DNA of 64,000 bases from an uncultured Pirellulaceae bacterium (GTDB lineage: Bacteria; Planctomycetota; Planctomycetia; Pirellulales; Pirellulaceae). The notes beneath the pieces are model-generated. The model had not been told where the DNA came from. It saw nothing but the letters and a program-made list of their open reading frames with translations, and ran no database searches. The DNA lies in assembly GCA_964453205.1 (NCBI GenBank), contig CAYVRC010000005.1:12421-76420 (forward strand), in the 5' to 3' direction. Positions 18,150 to 27,675 of this stretch are shown piece by piece. A program made the position numbers and the translations under genes. How positions within the stretch are numbered: the stretch's first letter is position 1; every line of letters begins with the position of its first letter.

Positions 18150-21100
18150 ATGCGTCGATTTGCTTTCTTGCCGCTGTTGCTGATTGTCGTCGTCGATTCG
18201 TTCGTCGTCTCGCCGACCGTCTCGTGGGGACAACGAGGATCGCGCGAGCGGGTTCGCACGGAAGCCGATTTGGAAGCCGAAAAGAAAGCCGAACGGGCCA
18301 TGGCGGCCTACGCCGACGCGGCCAACTTTCAAACCGGCGGCGCGATCGCGCTGGCCATCGAAGCTTGGCAAGCTTTTCTGAAAGATTATCCCGATCACGA
18401 GATGGCTTCGCAGGCCGCCCACTATTTGGGCGTCTGTTACATGCAGCAAAATCAGCCCGATTACGCCGCCGCCGCGAATTCGTTCGCCACGGCGCTCCGG
18501 GACGATGATTACGAACTTCGCGAGGAAAGCTTAGCCAATTACGGATGGTGTTTGTACGCCGACGCGGGCCAAGCGCCCGACCGAGACGCCCGACGACTGC
18601 GATCGGCCATCAAAGTGTTTCAGACGCTTCGCAAAGAGTTTCCCGAAAGTGATTTTCTGGACCGCGCGTATTTTTATACCGGCGAGGCCTACTACGGACT
18701 GGGCGACGCCGCCCGCGCCGTCCAAGCCTACGACGCGATGCTGGCCGCTGAACAAGCCGCCGAGTCTCCGCTCCGGTGCGACGCTTTGTACGCGCGTGGC
18801 GTCGCGCTGGAGGAATTGAAAGAATTCGAAAAGGCGAAAGCCTCGTTCGGTCAGTTGCTGCAAAGCTGTGCCGGCGACGACTTGGCCACCGACGTGCACC
18901 TGCGGATGGGGGACCTGGCGATCCTGAACCGCGGCTATGCCGACGCGATCGAATCGTTCGGACAAGCCTTCGACACGGCTGATCAACAGGAGGACCAGGC
19001 TTATGCCCTGTTTCGCCAGGCCTTCGCCTTTGTGAAATCGGAACAACCCGAACGCGCGACCGAAAATTACGAAAAACTGCTGGCCGCTTTTCCCGACAGT
19101 CGGTACGCCGCGTCGGCGACGCTGGCTTCCGCGCAGAACGCCTACCGCAGCGGCGACATGGACATGGCCGCCGAACGTTTCGAACAGGTCTTGACGCGAA
19201 ACAATCCCGAGGCGGCGACCGAAGCGGCGCATTGGCTGGCCCGGATCCGATTGAGCCAGGGGGATCCGACTGCCGCCCTCCGCGTCGCCGAAGGCCAAGT
19301 CGAAAAGGGCGCCGAGGGCGAATTCGCCACCGCGCTGCGTTTGGACTTGGCCGAGGCCTACGCGGCCGATCCGAAGACGGTCCCCGACGGCTTCGAACTG
19401 TTCAAAAAGATTCACCAGGATTCGCCGAACGACCCGTTGGCACCACGGGCGCTGTACAACGCGGCCTTTTTCGCTTTGCAGCTCGGCCGGCCCGACGAAG
19501 CGGCGAAGCTGTCCGATACTTTTGAAAATCAGTATTCCGACGACGCCTTGTTCGGCGACGTCGGGTTCATCGGGGCCGAGGCGGAATTGGCCGCCGGGAA
19601 CGTCCAGGCGGCTGCCCGTCGCTACGAAAAGCTGATCGCCGACACCAGCCTCGACGACAACCCGCAGAGACCGTTGTGGATCCTCCGCGGCGGGGCGACC
19701 TTGCAACGCGCCGGACGACCCGATGCGGCGATCGAAATGTTGCAAAGTCAGTCGGCGTCTTTGGCCCGGTCGGCCCAACAAGCGGAAGCCGAGTTGTTGA
19801 TCGGACAAGCGCACCTGGCCGCCGGTCGCGCCGCCCAAGCCGCCGGTGCTTTTCGCAAAAGCCGACAGACCGACGACGACTGGGCGAGGGCCGGCGAAGC
19901 CGCGTTGTTAGAAGGAACGGCGCTTCGCAACGACGGTCAAATCGATCAGGCGACCCGAGTTTGGACCGCGTTGGCCGACCGCGACGGCTCGGACCGGATG
20001 GCCGATCAGGCCCGATTCAAACTCGGCCAGCTGGCGGCCGAACAAGGGGATCACGCCCGGGCCGTCGAACAGTTCACCGCGATCTTGCGGTCCGGTCGCG
20101 ACCCCGGGCTGATTCCTTACGCGACCTACGGCAAGGCCCGCGCGGAAATCGCGAAACAAGATTTTCAGGCCGCCACCGAAACCTTGGGCCCGTGGTTGAA
20201 AGCGACCGAAACGCACCCGTTGAAAAACGAAGCGATGATGGCGCAAGGAATCGCGTTGCGAAACCTGGACGACTTGGCAGCGGCCGATGACGTGTTTAGC
20301 GAGGCACTGGCCGGCGATCCCCGCGGTGCTGTGCTGGCGGGGCTGTTGTACGAATCGGCCCTGGTCGACGTCGAACAAGAAAACGAAGACGCCGCGATCC
20401 GAAAACTACGCCGCGTCATCAAAGAAGTGCCGGGATATCGCGAGATGGACAAGGTCGCCTACGAACTGGGCTGGACGCTTCGCGAGGCGGGTCAAGAAGA
20501 TCAGGCCGAAAAACAGTTTCGCCAATTCTTGAAAGACTTTGCCGACAGTCCCGACGTCGCCGAGGCGGCTTATTTCGTCGCCCAACGTGAATACGGGCGG
20601 GAGAATTGGGTCGAGGCGGCGAAGCATTACGAACTGGCCGCGGATCGAGCCACGGAAACGGATCTGTCCGAAAAGGCGTTGTACCGAACGGGTTGGGCAC
20701 GGTTCAAAGCCGATGAATTGGAGGCTTCCGAATCGGCGTTCCGACGTCAGGCCGAGGAACACCCCGACGGTCGGTTACTCATGGACGCGTTGATGATGAT
20801 CGGGGAGTCCAGTTTCAAGGCCAAGGAGTACGCCCGGGCCATCGAAAGCTATTCTCGGGCACGGACCCGTATTCGACAAAACGGAGAAGACTCCCGGTCG
20901 CTGAAGGACGCCGCGGAACGGCAAGTCCGTGAGCTGATCCTGCTGCACGGCGGACAGAGCGCCGCGTTGCTAAAGAAATGGGACGAAGCGTTGGGATGGT
21001 ACGGCGAACTCCGCCAACGATTCCCCAACTCGGCGTATCTCGCCCAAGTCTTTTATGAGACCGCGTACGTGCATCAGCAATCCGGCGACCCGGAGGAAGC

Positions 21101-21467
21101 GCTGAAGTTCTACGGCCAAGTCGCTCAGAAGTATCGCAACAGCGTCGCGGCGAGGTCCCGATTCATGATGGGCGAGATCTATTTCGATCGAAAGCAATAC
21201 GATCAAGCGATCACCGAATTTCAACGGGTGATGTTCGGCTTCGGTGCCGACAAAGCGCCCGCGTCGGTGAAGACGTGGCAAGCCAAAAGCGGATATGAAG
21301 CGGCGCGGTGTAGCGAACAACTGATGCAACAAGCCAAAACCGGCGCGGCGGAGAACCAAGCCAAAGAGTTTGCGGTGAAGTTCTACAGTTACGTCATTGA
21401 AAAACACCCCGGCGATGAACTGGCGGGCAAAGCAGCCGACCGACTGAAGGTGCTGAAATCATCATGA
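18150..21467 (+). CDS. large exported TPR-repeat protein
   Basis: The signal peptide is MRRFAFLPLLLIVVV. About 1100 aa of degenerate TPR-like helical repeats follow (e.g. AAHYLGVCYMQQNQPDYAAAANSFATAL, YFYTGEAYYGLGDAARAVQAYDAML). The stop overlaps the ATG of exbB (ATGA 21464-21467). Confidence 0.8.
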   Translation: MRRFAFLPLLLIVVVDSFVVSPTVSWGQRGSRERVRTEADLEAEKKAERAMAAYADAANFQTGGAIALAIEAWQAFLKDYPDHEMASQAAHYLGVCYMQQNQPDYAAAANSFATALRDDDYELREESLANYGWCLYADAGQAPDRDARRLRSAIKVFQTLRKEFPESDFLDRAYFYTGEAYYGLGDAARAVQAYDAMLAAEQAAESPLRCDALYARGVALEELKEFEKAKASFGQLLQSCAGDDLATDVHLRMGDLAILNRGYADAIESFGQAFDTADQQEDQAYALFRQAFAFVKSEQPERATENYEKLLAAFPDSRYAASATLASAQNAYRSGDMDMAAERFEQVLTRNNPEAATEAAHWLARIRLSQGDPTAALRVAEGQVEKGAEGEFATALRLDLAEAYAADPKTVPDGFELFKKIHQDSPNDPLAPRALYNAAFFALQLGRPDEAAKLSDTFENQYSDDALFGDVGFIGAEAELAAGNVQAAARRYEKLIADTSLDDNPQRPLWILRGGATLQRAGRPDAAIEMLQSQSASLARSAQQAEAELLIGQAHLAAGRAAQAAGAFRKSRQTDDDWARAGEAALLEGTALRNDGQIDQATRVWTALADRDGSDRMADQARFKLGQLAAEQGDHARAVEQFTAILRSGRDPGLIPYATYGKARAEIAKQDFQAATETLGPWLKATETHPLKNEAMMAQGIALRNLDDLAAADDVFSEALAGDPRGAVLAGLLYESALVDVEQENEDAAIRKLRRVIKEVPGYREMDKVAYELGWTLREAGQEDQAEKQFRQFLKDFADSPDVAEAAYFVAQREYGRENWVEAAKHYELAADRATETDLSEKALYRTGWARFKADELEASESAFRRQAEEHPDGRLLMDALMMIGESSFKAKEYARAIESYSRARTRIRQNGEDSRSLKDAAERQVRELILLHGGQSAALLKKWDEALGWYGELRQRFPNSAYLAQVFYETAYVHQQSGDPEEALKFYGQVAQKYRNSVAARSRFMMGEIYFDRKQYDQAITEFQRVMFGFGADKAPASVKTWQAKSGYEAARCSEQLMQQAKTGAAENQAKEFAVKFYSYVIEKHPGDELAGKAADRLKVLKSS

Positions 21468-22447
21468 AGCCAGATTCCTTTCGTATCCCGGTCGCTTGGG
21501 CCGCCGTCGTCGCGGTGACCATCGTCTGGCTCGCCCAGGTGACACCCCCGACGGCCCACGGTCAGGCGTCCGAGACCCCGATCGCCGACGCGGCGGACAT
21601 CCGGTCCGTCATGAGCGACGCTCCGGCGCAAACGCCCGGTCAGGTCGACGCGCCGAGCGGGATCGATCTGTTGTCACTGATCCTTCGCGGCGGCATGTTC
21701 ATGATCCCCATCGGGTTGATGAGTTTGTTGGTGGTGACGTTGGCGGTCGAACGTCTGTTGGTGTTGCGATCTAAAAGAATCGTTCCTCGACGCTTGTCAC
21801 GCGAATTACGTGGACAAGCCGCCGACCCGGTTCGGTTCAACCCGACCACGGCTTTTCTGACATGCGACGAGTATCCGTCGGCGGCCGCTCGAGTGATCAA
21901 GGCGATGTTGATGCGGACGGGCGGCTCGCTCGGCGAAATCGAACGGGCGGCAAGCGAAACGGCCCAACGAGAAGCCGATCGCTACGCCGCGCCGATCCGT
22001 TGGTTGAATCTGGCGGCCGCGGCGACCCCGTTGATGGGCTTGCTGGGGACGGTCTGGGGAATGATCGTCGCGTTTCATGAATCGACCACGTTGACGCCCG
22101 ATCGGAGTCGCAGTGAACAGTTGTCCGAGGGCATTTACACGGCCTTGGTAACGACGTTGGCGGGTCTGGTGGTGGCGATTCCGGCCGCGATCCTGGCGCA
22201 GTACTTGGAAAACAGGGTCACCAAGTTGTTCGGCCGCGTCGAACAATTGGCGTTCGACGTCGCACCCGGATTGACGCGGTTTGTCGGCAACAGCCGTTTG
22301 CAGCGTGACGGATCGTTGCACCCGAGCATCGTCGCGGACCGTCCTCGACGCGGCGATCGCGACGTCGCGCCGCCTCCGGTGGATGACGCCCCGCCGCCGG
22401 CCGGCGAAAAAACCAAACGGACTCGCGACGGCATCCAGACCAGGTGA
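21464..22447 (+). CDS. exbB: MotA/TolQ/ExbB-family proton-channel protein
   Basis: Motifs are GGMFMIPIGLMSLLVVTLAVERL and TPLMGLLGTVWGMIVAF...LSEGIYTALVTTLAGLVVAIPAAILAQYLENR. The C-terminal tail is Pro/Arg-rich. Confidence 0.88.
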   Translation: MKPDSFRIPVAWAAVVAVTIVWLAQVTPPTAHGQASETPIADAADIRSVMSDAPAQTPGQVDAPSGIDLLSLILRGGMFMIPIGLMSLLVVTLAVERLLVLRSKRIVPRRLSRELRGQAADPVRFNPTTAFLTCDEYPSAAARVIKAMLMRTGGSLGEIERAASETAQREADRYAAPIRWLNLAAAATPLMGLLGTVWGMIVAFHESTTLTPDRSRSEQLSEGIYTALVTTLAGLVVAIPAAILAQYLENRVTKLFGRVEQLAFDVAPGLTRFVGNSRLQRDGSLHPSIVADRPRRGDRDVAPPPVDDAPPPAGEKTKRTRDGIQTR

Positions 22448-22875
22448 TTCCGATGGCTGTTCACATCAAAAAGTCGACGGTCGCCGGGACGCTCAGTCTG
22501 ACGCCATTGATCGATGTCGTGTTTTTGTTGCTGATCTTCTTTTTGGTCACCAGCGAGTTCGAAGACGAGGAACGTCGTTTGGATATCGTGTTGCCGACCG
22601 CGACCAGTGCGGCACCGATGACCAGTCGCCCGCGTGAGATCGTGATCGACGTCGACGCGGAAGGTGCGGTCTATCTGCGTGGGCGAATCACGGACCTGGA
22701 GGAACTGGAAAGATTGTTGTCCGCCGCCGTGGCTGACAATCCGGCCGACCAGTCTGTCGTCATCCGCGCCGATCGCGACGCCACGTTTCAACCGGTCGTC
22801 AGCGTGATGGACGTTTGCAACCGTACCGGAATATCGGATTACAGCGTGACCACCAAAGAAGGACCGCAGGGTTGA
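22444..22875 (+). CDS. exbD: ExbD/TolR-family biopolymer transport protein
   Basis: Motifs are LTPLIDVVFLLLIFFLVTSEF and IVIDVDAEGAVYLRGRITDLEELERLL...VVIRADRDATFQPVVSVMDVC. The GTG start overlaps the exbB stop (GTGA 22444-22447). Confidence 0.88.
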   Translation: MIPMAVHIKKSTVAGTLSLTPLIDVVFLLLIFFLVTSEFEDEERRLDIVLPTATSAAPMTSRPREIVIDVDAEGAVYLRGRITDLEELERLLSAAVADNPADQSVVIRADRDATFQPVVSVMDVCNRTGISDYSVTTKEGPQG

Positions 22876-25631
22876 TCGACGACGACCGTTTCGACCAAGA
22901 CGCCTGGGACGAACACGCATCGGATCGGATGTGGCCGCTGGATTTGGCGTTGGTCGCCGCGGCGGGGTTGGTATTGGCGATCATTTTTACCCGTTTCCGC
23001 TTCGACGATCCGCATTGGTTGTACAACGCCTGGACTTACGTGATCGCGGTGCCGGTGATCACGTTGGCTCTCGCGTTGTTGCTGCGAAACCTTGTCAGTC
23101 AAAACGTCCAAAAGTCGATCCAGTTGGGATTCTTGACCAGTGTTTTCGTTCACCTGACGTTGCTGTTGGTTGCGGTGCGTTGGGTGATTTTTCCGGCGTA
23201 CTTTCCCGAGGCTTTCATGGGCGTCAAGGCGGAACGGAAACCGATCCGCAAGACGGTTCCGGAGTACGTCTTTGAAGCACCGACCGAATCGACCGTCGCG
23301 CCGGACTGGGCCAAACCGGTCGACGCGGAAACGGCTTCGCGGGTCTTGCCGGAGCAGCCGCGACGGCTGCCGCCCCAGGACGAAGTCGCCACGAAGATCG
23401 AGATGCCTCAGCCCGAGTTGCCCAGCGATCCGATGGAGCAAGCGTTTTTGAAACTTCGCGAGGATCCGGCCCAGTCTCAACCCCGGCCCGCCGACGAGCC
23501 GGCGAAACTGGCCCGACAGCCGACCCGCCCTCCGCAGCCGGACCCGTCGCTGTTGGACAACCCGATCGCACCGGAAACCGCATCGGCACAGTCGACGCCC
23601 AGCGACGCTGCCGCGCCCGAACGGTCGACCGAGACCTCGTTGCCCGGCCGGGATCGGTTGCGATCCATGCCCGCGGCGGATTCGTTGGCCGCGCTCGCCG
23701 ATCTCGCTCCCGAACCGGTTCCCGCGGCCGGCGGACGACCGTCGCCGCGGATGTCGCTTCGCCAAGACAGCGCCTTGCCGTCGGTTTCGGACCGGAGCGT
23801 CGTGCGATCGCGGGATCGGCGACGCAGCGAAAACGGACCGGTCGGCGTGACGCCGTCGGCACCGACGGTCGCGATCGCGATCGAAAGGGCGGACGATTCA
23901 CGTCGACTATCGCCACAGCCGTTGCCGTCCGCCGAATCGTCGGAATCACGCTTGCAGCGTTCGGCGATGTCGTCGCTTGCCGAGCTGCCCGACGTGCTGC
24001 CCGGCCGACCGCTGTTGGCCGCCGACGACGCCACGCCGTCGTCGCTGCTCCGCGATCCGCGGGGCAGTGACCGGTTGCCAGACCTGACCGACGCCGGCCC
24101 GCGACAACCGACGCGGCCGTCGACGCGGCGAGCCGAGCTGGGCATGGGTGCGGTGGGGACAAAGATCAAGATTCCCGGCATGGCGGTCGCCGATGCGTCG
24201 GCGGCCGCCGGCGGTGACGAAGCCGCACGGGCGGACATCCCCCGTGACCGCGTCGGCCGGCAAAGCGAGTCGACCCGAACGAACAACGCCCCGGACCGGT
24301 CGGCCGCTTTTGCCGCGTCGCAGCCGATCGCGATCCCGTCGGACGTGATGGCACCGCTGGGACCGGCCGGGCTGTCGCGTCGCGGGTCGGATTCCCCGGG
24401 CGTGATCCGTGACGACGACCGACCGCGTGTCGCCGCGCTGGATTTGAAGTCGTTGCCGCGGCCCCGTCGCGACGTGGGCGGTCCGGTGACGCCGGCCGGT
24501 AGCCAAGTCACCGCGGTCCAGCCCTTCAACCGACGGGCGATGCGCACCGAAGCCGGCGCGGCGCCCGCGCCGGCCGGTATGGTCGGGCCGGCCACCGAGG
24601 AAGCGATCGAGTTGGGCTTGGCTTATCTGTCCGAGCTCCAGAACGACGACGGAAGCTGGTCGCTGCAGGGTCACGGTGGCGACGTGATCTTGAAAAGTGA
24701 TACCGCGGCAACGGGCATGTGCCTGTTGGCTTTTCAAGGTGCCGGTTACACGCACAAGCAACATCGCTATGCCGGCGTGGTGGCCAAGGGGTTGCAGTTT
24801 TTGCGCAGCATCCAACGGACCAACGGCGATCTGTTTCGCCCCGAGGACAGCATCAGCAACCGCAACGTCGCCTTGTACAGCCACGGGATCGCGGCGTTGG
24901 CGATGAGCGAAGCGTTCGGAATGACTCAAGATCCGGAATTACGTGAGCCCGCGCAGCTTGCCTTGGATTACATCGTCGCGACACAGCATCGACGTCGCGG
25001 CGGCTGGCGATACACGCCACAAATTAGCGCCGATACCAGCGTGACCGGCTGGATGATGATGGCGCTCAAGAGCGGCGAATTGGCCGGCCTGGACGTCGAA
25101 CCGTCGGCTTACCAAGGCATCGAACGTTGGCTGGACTTTGCCCGCGAAAGCCCGGATCGGGAAGACCGATATCGTTACGACCCTTTCGCGCCCGACACGC
25201 CGACGCAGCGTCACGGCCGCTTCGTCACGCCGACGATGACATCGGTCGGGATGCTGATGCGAATGTACCTGGGTTGGCGACGCGACCGCCCCGAAATGCA
25301 ATCGGCGGCCGAGTACTTGTTGCAGTATCCGCCGGAGATCGGCACGCCGACATCGCCACAACGGGATACCTACTACTGGTACTACGCGACACAGGTGATG
25401 TTCCACATGGGCGGCGATCATTGGGAACGCTGGAACCGTTCCCTGAACCCAGTCTTGCTGAACGGTCAGATCAAACGTGGGCCCGACACCGGCAGCTGGG
25501 ATCCCGATTCGCCCGTCCCCGATCGCTGGGCACCTCATGCCGGACGTTTGTATGTGACGGCAATGAACTTACTGAACTTGGAAGTCTATTACCGGCACCT
25601 GCCGATCTACGACGACGCCGCCGCCGATTGA
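22872..25631 (+). CDS. membrane-anchored protein: 3 N-terminal TM segments, ~450-aa Pro/Ala/Ser/Arg-rich linker, C-terminal prenyltransferase/terpene-cyclase-like alpha/alpha-toroid domain
   Basis: TM segments are WPLDLALVAAAGLVLAIIFT, WTYVIAVPVITLALALLL and LGFLTSVFVHLTLLLVAVRWVIF. The linker is low-complexity (PQPELPSDP, RPADEPAKLARQPTRPPQPDPSLLDNPIAPE...). The C-terminus (from ~24590) has LAYLSELQNDDGSWSL, ATGMCLLAFQGAGY, IVATQHRRRGGWRY and SVTGWMMMALK, which resemble QW/prenyltransferase repeats. The start is uncertain: TTG 22872 overlaps the exbD stop (TTGA); the alternatives are ATG 22815 or ATG 22929. Confidence 0.75.
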   Translation: MIDDDRFDQDAWDEHASDRMWPLDLALVAAAGLVLAIIFTRFRFDDPHWLYNAWTYVIAVPVITLALALLLRNLVSQNVQKSIQLGFLTSVFVHLTLLLVAVRWVIFPAYFPEAFMGVKAERKPIRKTVPEYVFEAPTESTVAPDWAKPVDAETASRVLPEQPRRLPPQDEVATKIEMPQPELPSDPMEQAFLKLREDPAQSQPRPADEPAKLARQPTRPPQPDPSLLDNPIAPETASAQSTPSDAAAPERSTETSLPGRDRLRSMPAADSLAALADLAPEPVPAAGGRPSPRMSLRQDSALPSVSDRSVVRSRDRRRSENGPVGVTPSAPTVAIAIERADDSRRLSPQPLPSAESSESRLQRSAMSSLAELPDVLPGRPLLAADDATPSSLLRDPRGSDRLPDLTDAGPRQPTRPSTRRAELGMGAVGTKIKIPGMAVADASAAAGGDEAARADIPRDRVGRQSESTRTNNAPDRSAAFAASQPIAIPSDVMAPLGPAGLSRRGSDSPGVIRDDDRPRVAALDLKSLPRPRRDVGGPVTPAGSQVTAVQPFNRRAMRTEAGAAPAPAGMVGPATEEAIELGLAYLSELQNDDGSWSLQGHGGDVILKSDTAATGMCLLAFQGAGYTHKQHRYAGVVAKGLQFLRSIQRTNGDLFRPEDSISNRNVALYSHGIAALAMSEAFGMTQDPELREPAQLALDYIVATQHRRRGGWRYTPQISADTSVTGWMMMALKSGELAGLDVEPSAYQGIERWLDFARESPDREDRYRYDPFAPDTPTQRHGRFVTPTMTSVGMLMRMYLGWRRDRPEMQSAAEYLLQYPPEIGTPTSPQRDTYYWYYATQVMFHMGGDHWERWNRSLNPVLLNGQIKRGPDTGSWDPDSPVPDRWAPHAGRLYVTAMNLLNLEVYYRHLPIYDDAAAD

Positions 25632-25708
25632 CGAAATGTGGTATACCCGTGCCTGAGTGAATCGCTGGAAGGTCGGCGAAGGGTCGTCAGGATCGCGTCG
25701 TCGCGGTG

Positions 25709-26794
25709 ATGACCGTTTCTTTGGACACTAATCTTGAGAGCCCCATGCTGCCGCTAATCGCGTTTCTGTTCGGGTTGTTGCTTTACGCCGGCACTCGCGT
25801 CTTGATCGGATGTTTGTACACCGTCGCGCCGGACCAACGTGCCGTCGTGACCAGTTTCGGAGCCGCCCAGACGATCCCCGGCATGCCCTACGCGTCGGCC
25901 GAAATGGAAGACGACGCCCCGCTGAGCGAAGACGAACGGGAGCGTTACGAATATCCCAACGTCGATGTGATCGGACCCGGCGGACCCTATTTTAAAATGC
26001 CTTGGCAAAAGGTTCACAAGGTCAGCGTCGCCACGCAGGCCGTCGACCTGTCCTGGGATCCGACGAAAGCCCAAAACACCATCGAAGCGGTCACCAAGGA
26101 CAACTTGACCACGGGCGTCAACGGTCAACTCCGTTACCGCGTCAGCGAAAACAACCTTTATCCGTTCTTGTTCGGCGTCAGCAGTCCGCTGGAACACGTG
26201 ATGGGCTTTTTCGTCTCCGTCTTGCGAGAACGGATCGCCAACTTTGTCGATCCCAAAGGCCAAAGCTTGCTGACCGATCAGGAGCTTTCCGACGACGTGG
26301 CGGGTGACGGTCAGACGATCCCGGCCAGCACCAGTGCCGTCGAACTATCCGAAGGCGTCAGCATCAACGACCTGCGAAAGAACCTGCCGCTGCTGAATCA
26401 GTACATGGAGGAGCAGTGTCGATCGACCACCGGCCGATACGGCATCGAACTGGACGCCGCGTTGATCACGGAAATCGATCCCCCGGCCGAAGTCGATCGG
26501 GCTTTGTCCGCGATCAACAGCACGCGAAACCAAGTCGCCGCCGACATCAGCACCGCACGGGCCGACGCCGAACAACAAATCACGATGAGTGCCCGCGCGG
26601 TCGAAATCGCCACCAACAACGCACAAGCCGAAGTCGCGCCGCTAGAAGAACTGGCCGCGACCCTGGCGGCGATCAAGAAAGAAGGCGGATCGGCTTGCCT
26701 GCAGGCTTATCTCCGCAACGCCCGCGTGCCCCTGTTCAAACGTGCCGGGCGTGTCGTGCACACGATGGGCGGCGTCGCCAAAGGAGCCAACTGA
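25709..26794 (+). CDS. SPFH/Band-7 (stomatin/HflK-C-like) membrane protein
   Basis: It has an N-terminal TM (LPLIAFLFGLLLYAGTRVLIG), then YTVAPDQRAVVTSFG, an SPFH core (IEAVTKDNLTTGVNGQLRYRV; GIELDAALITEIDPPAEVDRAL) and a coiled-coil tail. The start could be GTG 25706, ATG 25709 or ATG 25745. Confidence 0.8.
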   Translation: MTVSLDTNLESPMLPLIAFLFGLLLYAGTRVLIGCLYTVAPDQRAVVTSFGAAQTIPGMPYASAEMEDDAPLSEDERERYEYPNVDVIGPGGPYFKMPWQKVHKVSVATQAVDLSWDPTKAQNTIEAVTKDNLTTGVNGQLRYRVSENNLYPFLFGVSSPLEHVMGFFVSVLRERIANFVDPKGQSLLTDQELSDDVAGDGQTIPASTSAVELSEGVSINDLRKNLPLLNQYMEEQCRSTTGRYGIELDAALITEIDPPAEVDRALSAINSTRNQVAADISTARADAEQQITMSARAVEIATNNAQAEVAPLEELAATLAAIKKEGGSACLQAYLRNARVPLFKRAGRVVHTMGGVAKGAN

Positions 26795-27675
26795 TGTTGT
26801 CGATTTTTTCTTTTGTCGCCGGATTTCTGTTGATCCCGATCCTCCTGGGTTTGGCACGTGCCTTTGGCATCTACACCTGCGTGGAAGAATGTCAGGCCCA
26901 GGTCTTCACGCTGTTCGGCAAAGTCATCGGTACGATCGACATCGCCGGATTGCACTTTCCGATCGCGTACTTCGGCCCCCGGGCTTTGCTGATCCCGTTC
27001 TTCGGCAAACGTTACGTCGTCAGCACGGCGCTCCGCCAACACTATTTGCGCAGCCAAATGGTCAATAGCGAGGAAGGAACGCCGATGGGCGTGGGCATCT
27101 GGTACGAGATGCAGGTGAAGGATCCCGTCGCGTATTTGTTCATCAACGCCAATCCCGACGGATCATTGCAGGCCAACGTGACCAGTTCGACGATCAGCAC
27201 GCTCAGTAATCTGGAAATGGAAAAGATGCTGGAAGATCGTCACAGCCTCAGCCGGACGGTCCGCCAAGCCGTCTCGCCGCTGTCAGAAAAATGGGGCTAC
27301 CGGTTGGGCAGTGTCTACATTCGCAAAGTCGAATTCACGGACATCCAAATGGTCCAAAACATCACGGAAAAAGTCGTCAAACGATTGGTGCAAGTCACCA
27401 GCGCGATGAAACAAGACGGTGAAAACCGGGTCGGCCTGATCTTCAGCGAGACCGCCTACAAGGTGTCACAAAAGATGGCCGAAGCCTCCGCCGCGCGGCC
27501 GGACATCGTCGGCAAAAAACTGAACGAAATCGCCAAACGGGACCCGGAAATATTGGACACCCTGTTGGAAGTCATGGAGATCGAGAACCTGCTGGCCTCC
27601 GACGCCAAAGTCGACATGCTGCCCGGCAGCAGCAATCTGCTGATTCAATTGGGCGGATCGTCCAAATCCCAGTAG
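26794..27675 (+). CDS. SPFH/Band-7 membrane protein (second paralog)
   Basis: The start is MLSIFSFVAGFLLIPILLGLA, and its ATG overlaps the preceding stop (TGATG 26792-26796). Motifs are CQAQVFTLFGKVIG, SPLSEKWGYRLGSVYIRKVEF and a helical tail. The track ORF 26416..27675 carries a spurious 5' extension. Confidence 0.8.
   Translation: MLSIFSFVAGFLLIPILLGLARAFGIYTCVEECQAQVFTLFGKVIGTIDIAGLHFPIAYFGPRALLIPFFGKRYVVSTALRQHYLRSQMVNSEEGTPMGVGIWYEMQVKDPVAYLFINANPDGSLQANVTSSTISTLSNLEMEKMLEDRHSLSRTVRQAVSPLSEKWGYRLGSVYIRKVEFTDIQMVQNITEKVVKRLVQVTSAMKQDGENRVGLIFSETAYKVSQKMAEASAARPDIVGKKLNEIAKRDPEILDTLLEVMEIENLLASDAKVDMLPGSSNLLIQLGGSSKSQ

Noticed and set aside
18531-19838. 435-aa minus-strand ORF inside the TPR gene
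   Set aside because: It is antisense to TPR repeats and has no start context or domain. It is a typical GC-driven open frame.
22839-24929. Stack of overlapping minus-strand ORFs (308, 312, 372 and 327 aa) and + frame ORFs over the Pro-rich linker
   Set aside because: The low-complexity GC-rich coding DNA for the P/A/S/R linker is open in nearly all frames. Only the + frame continues into the TM segments and the toroid domain.
18150-25631. Calling the cluster a canonical TonB or Tol-Pal system
   Set aside because: I could not see a TonB C-terminal domain, a TolA domain III, TolB, Pal or a TonB-dependent receptor in the window. I therefore report it only as an ExbBD-type motor with a non-canonical partner.
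26416-26793. 5' extension of ORF 26416..27675 (126 extra codons)
   Set aside because: It overlaps the C-terminal third of the upstream SPFH gene in another frame and is R/G/H-rich nonsense. The real start is the ATG at 26794, just before the TM helix.
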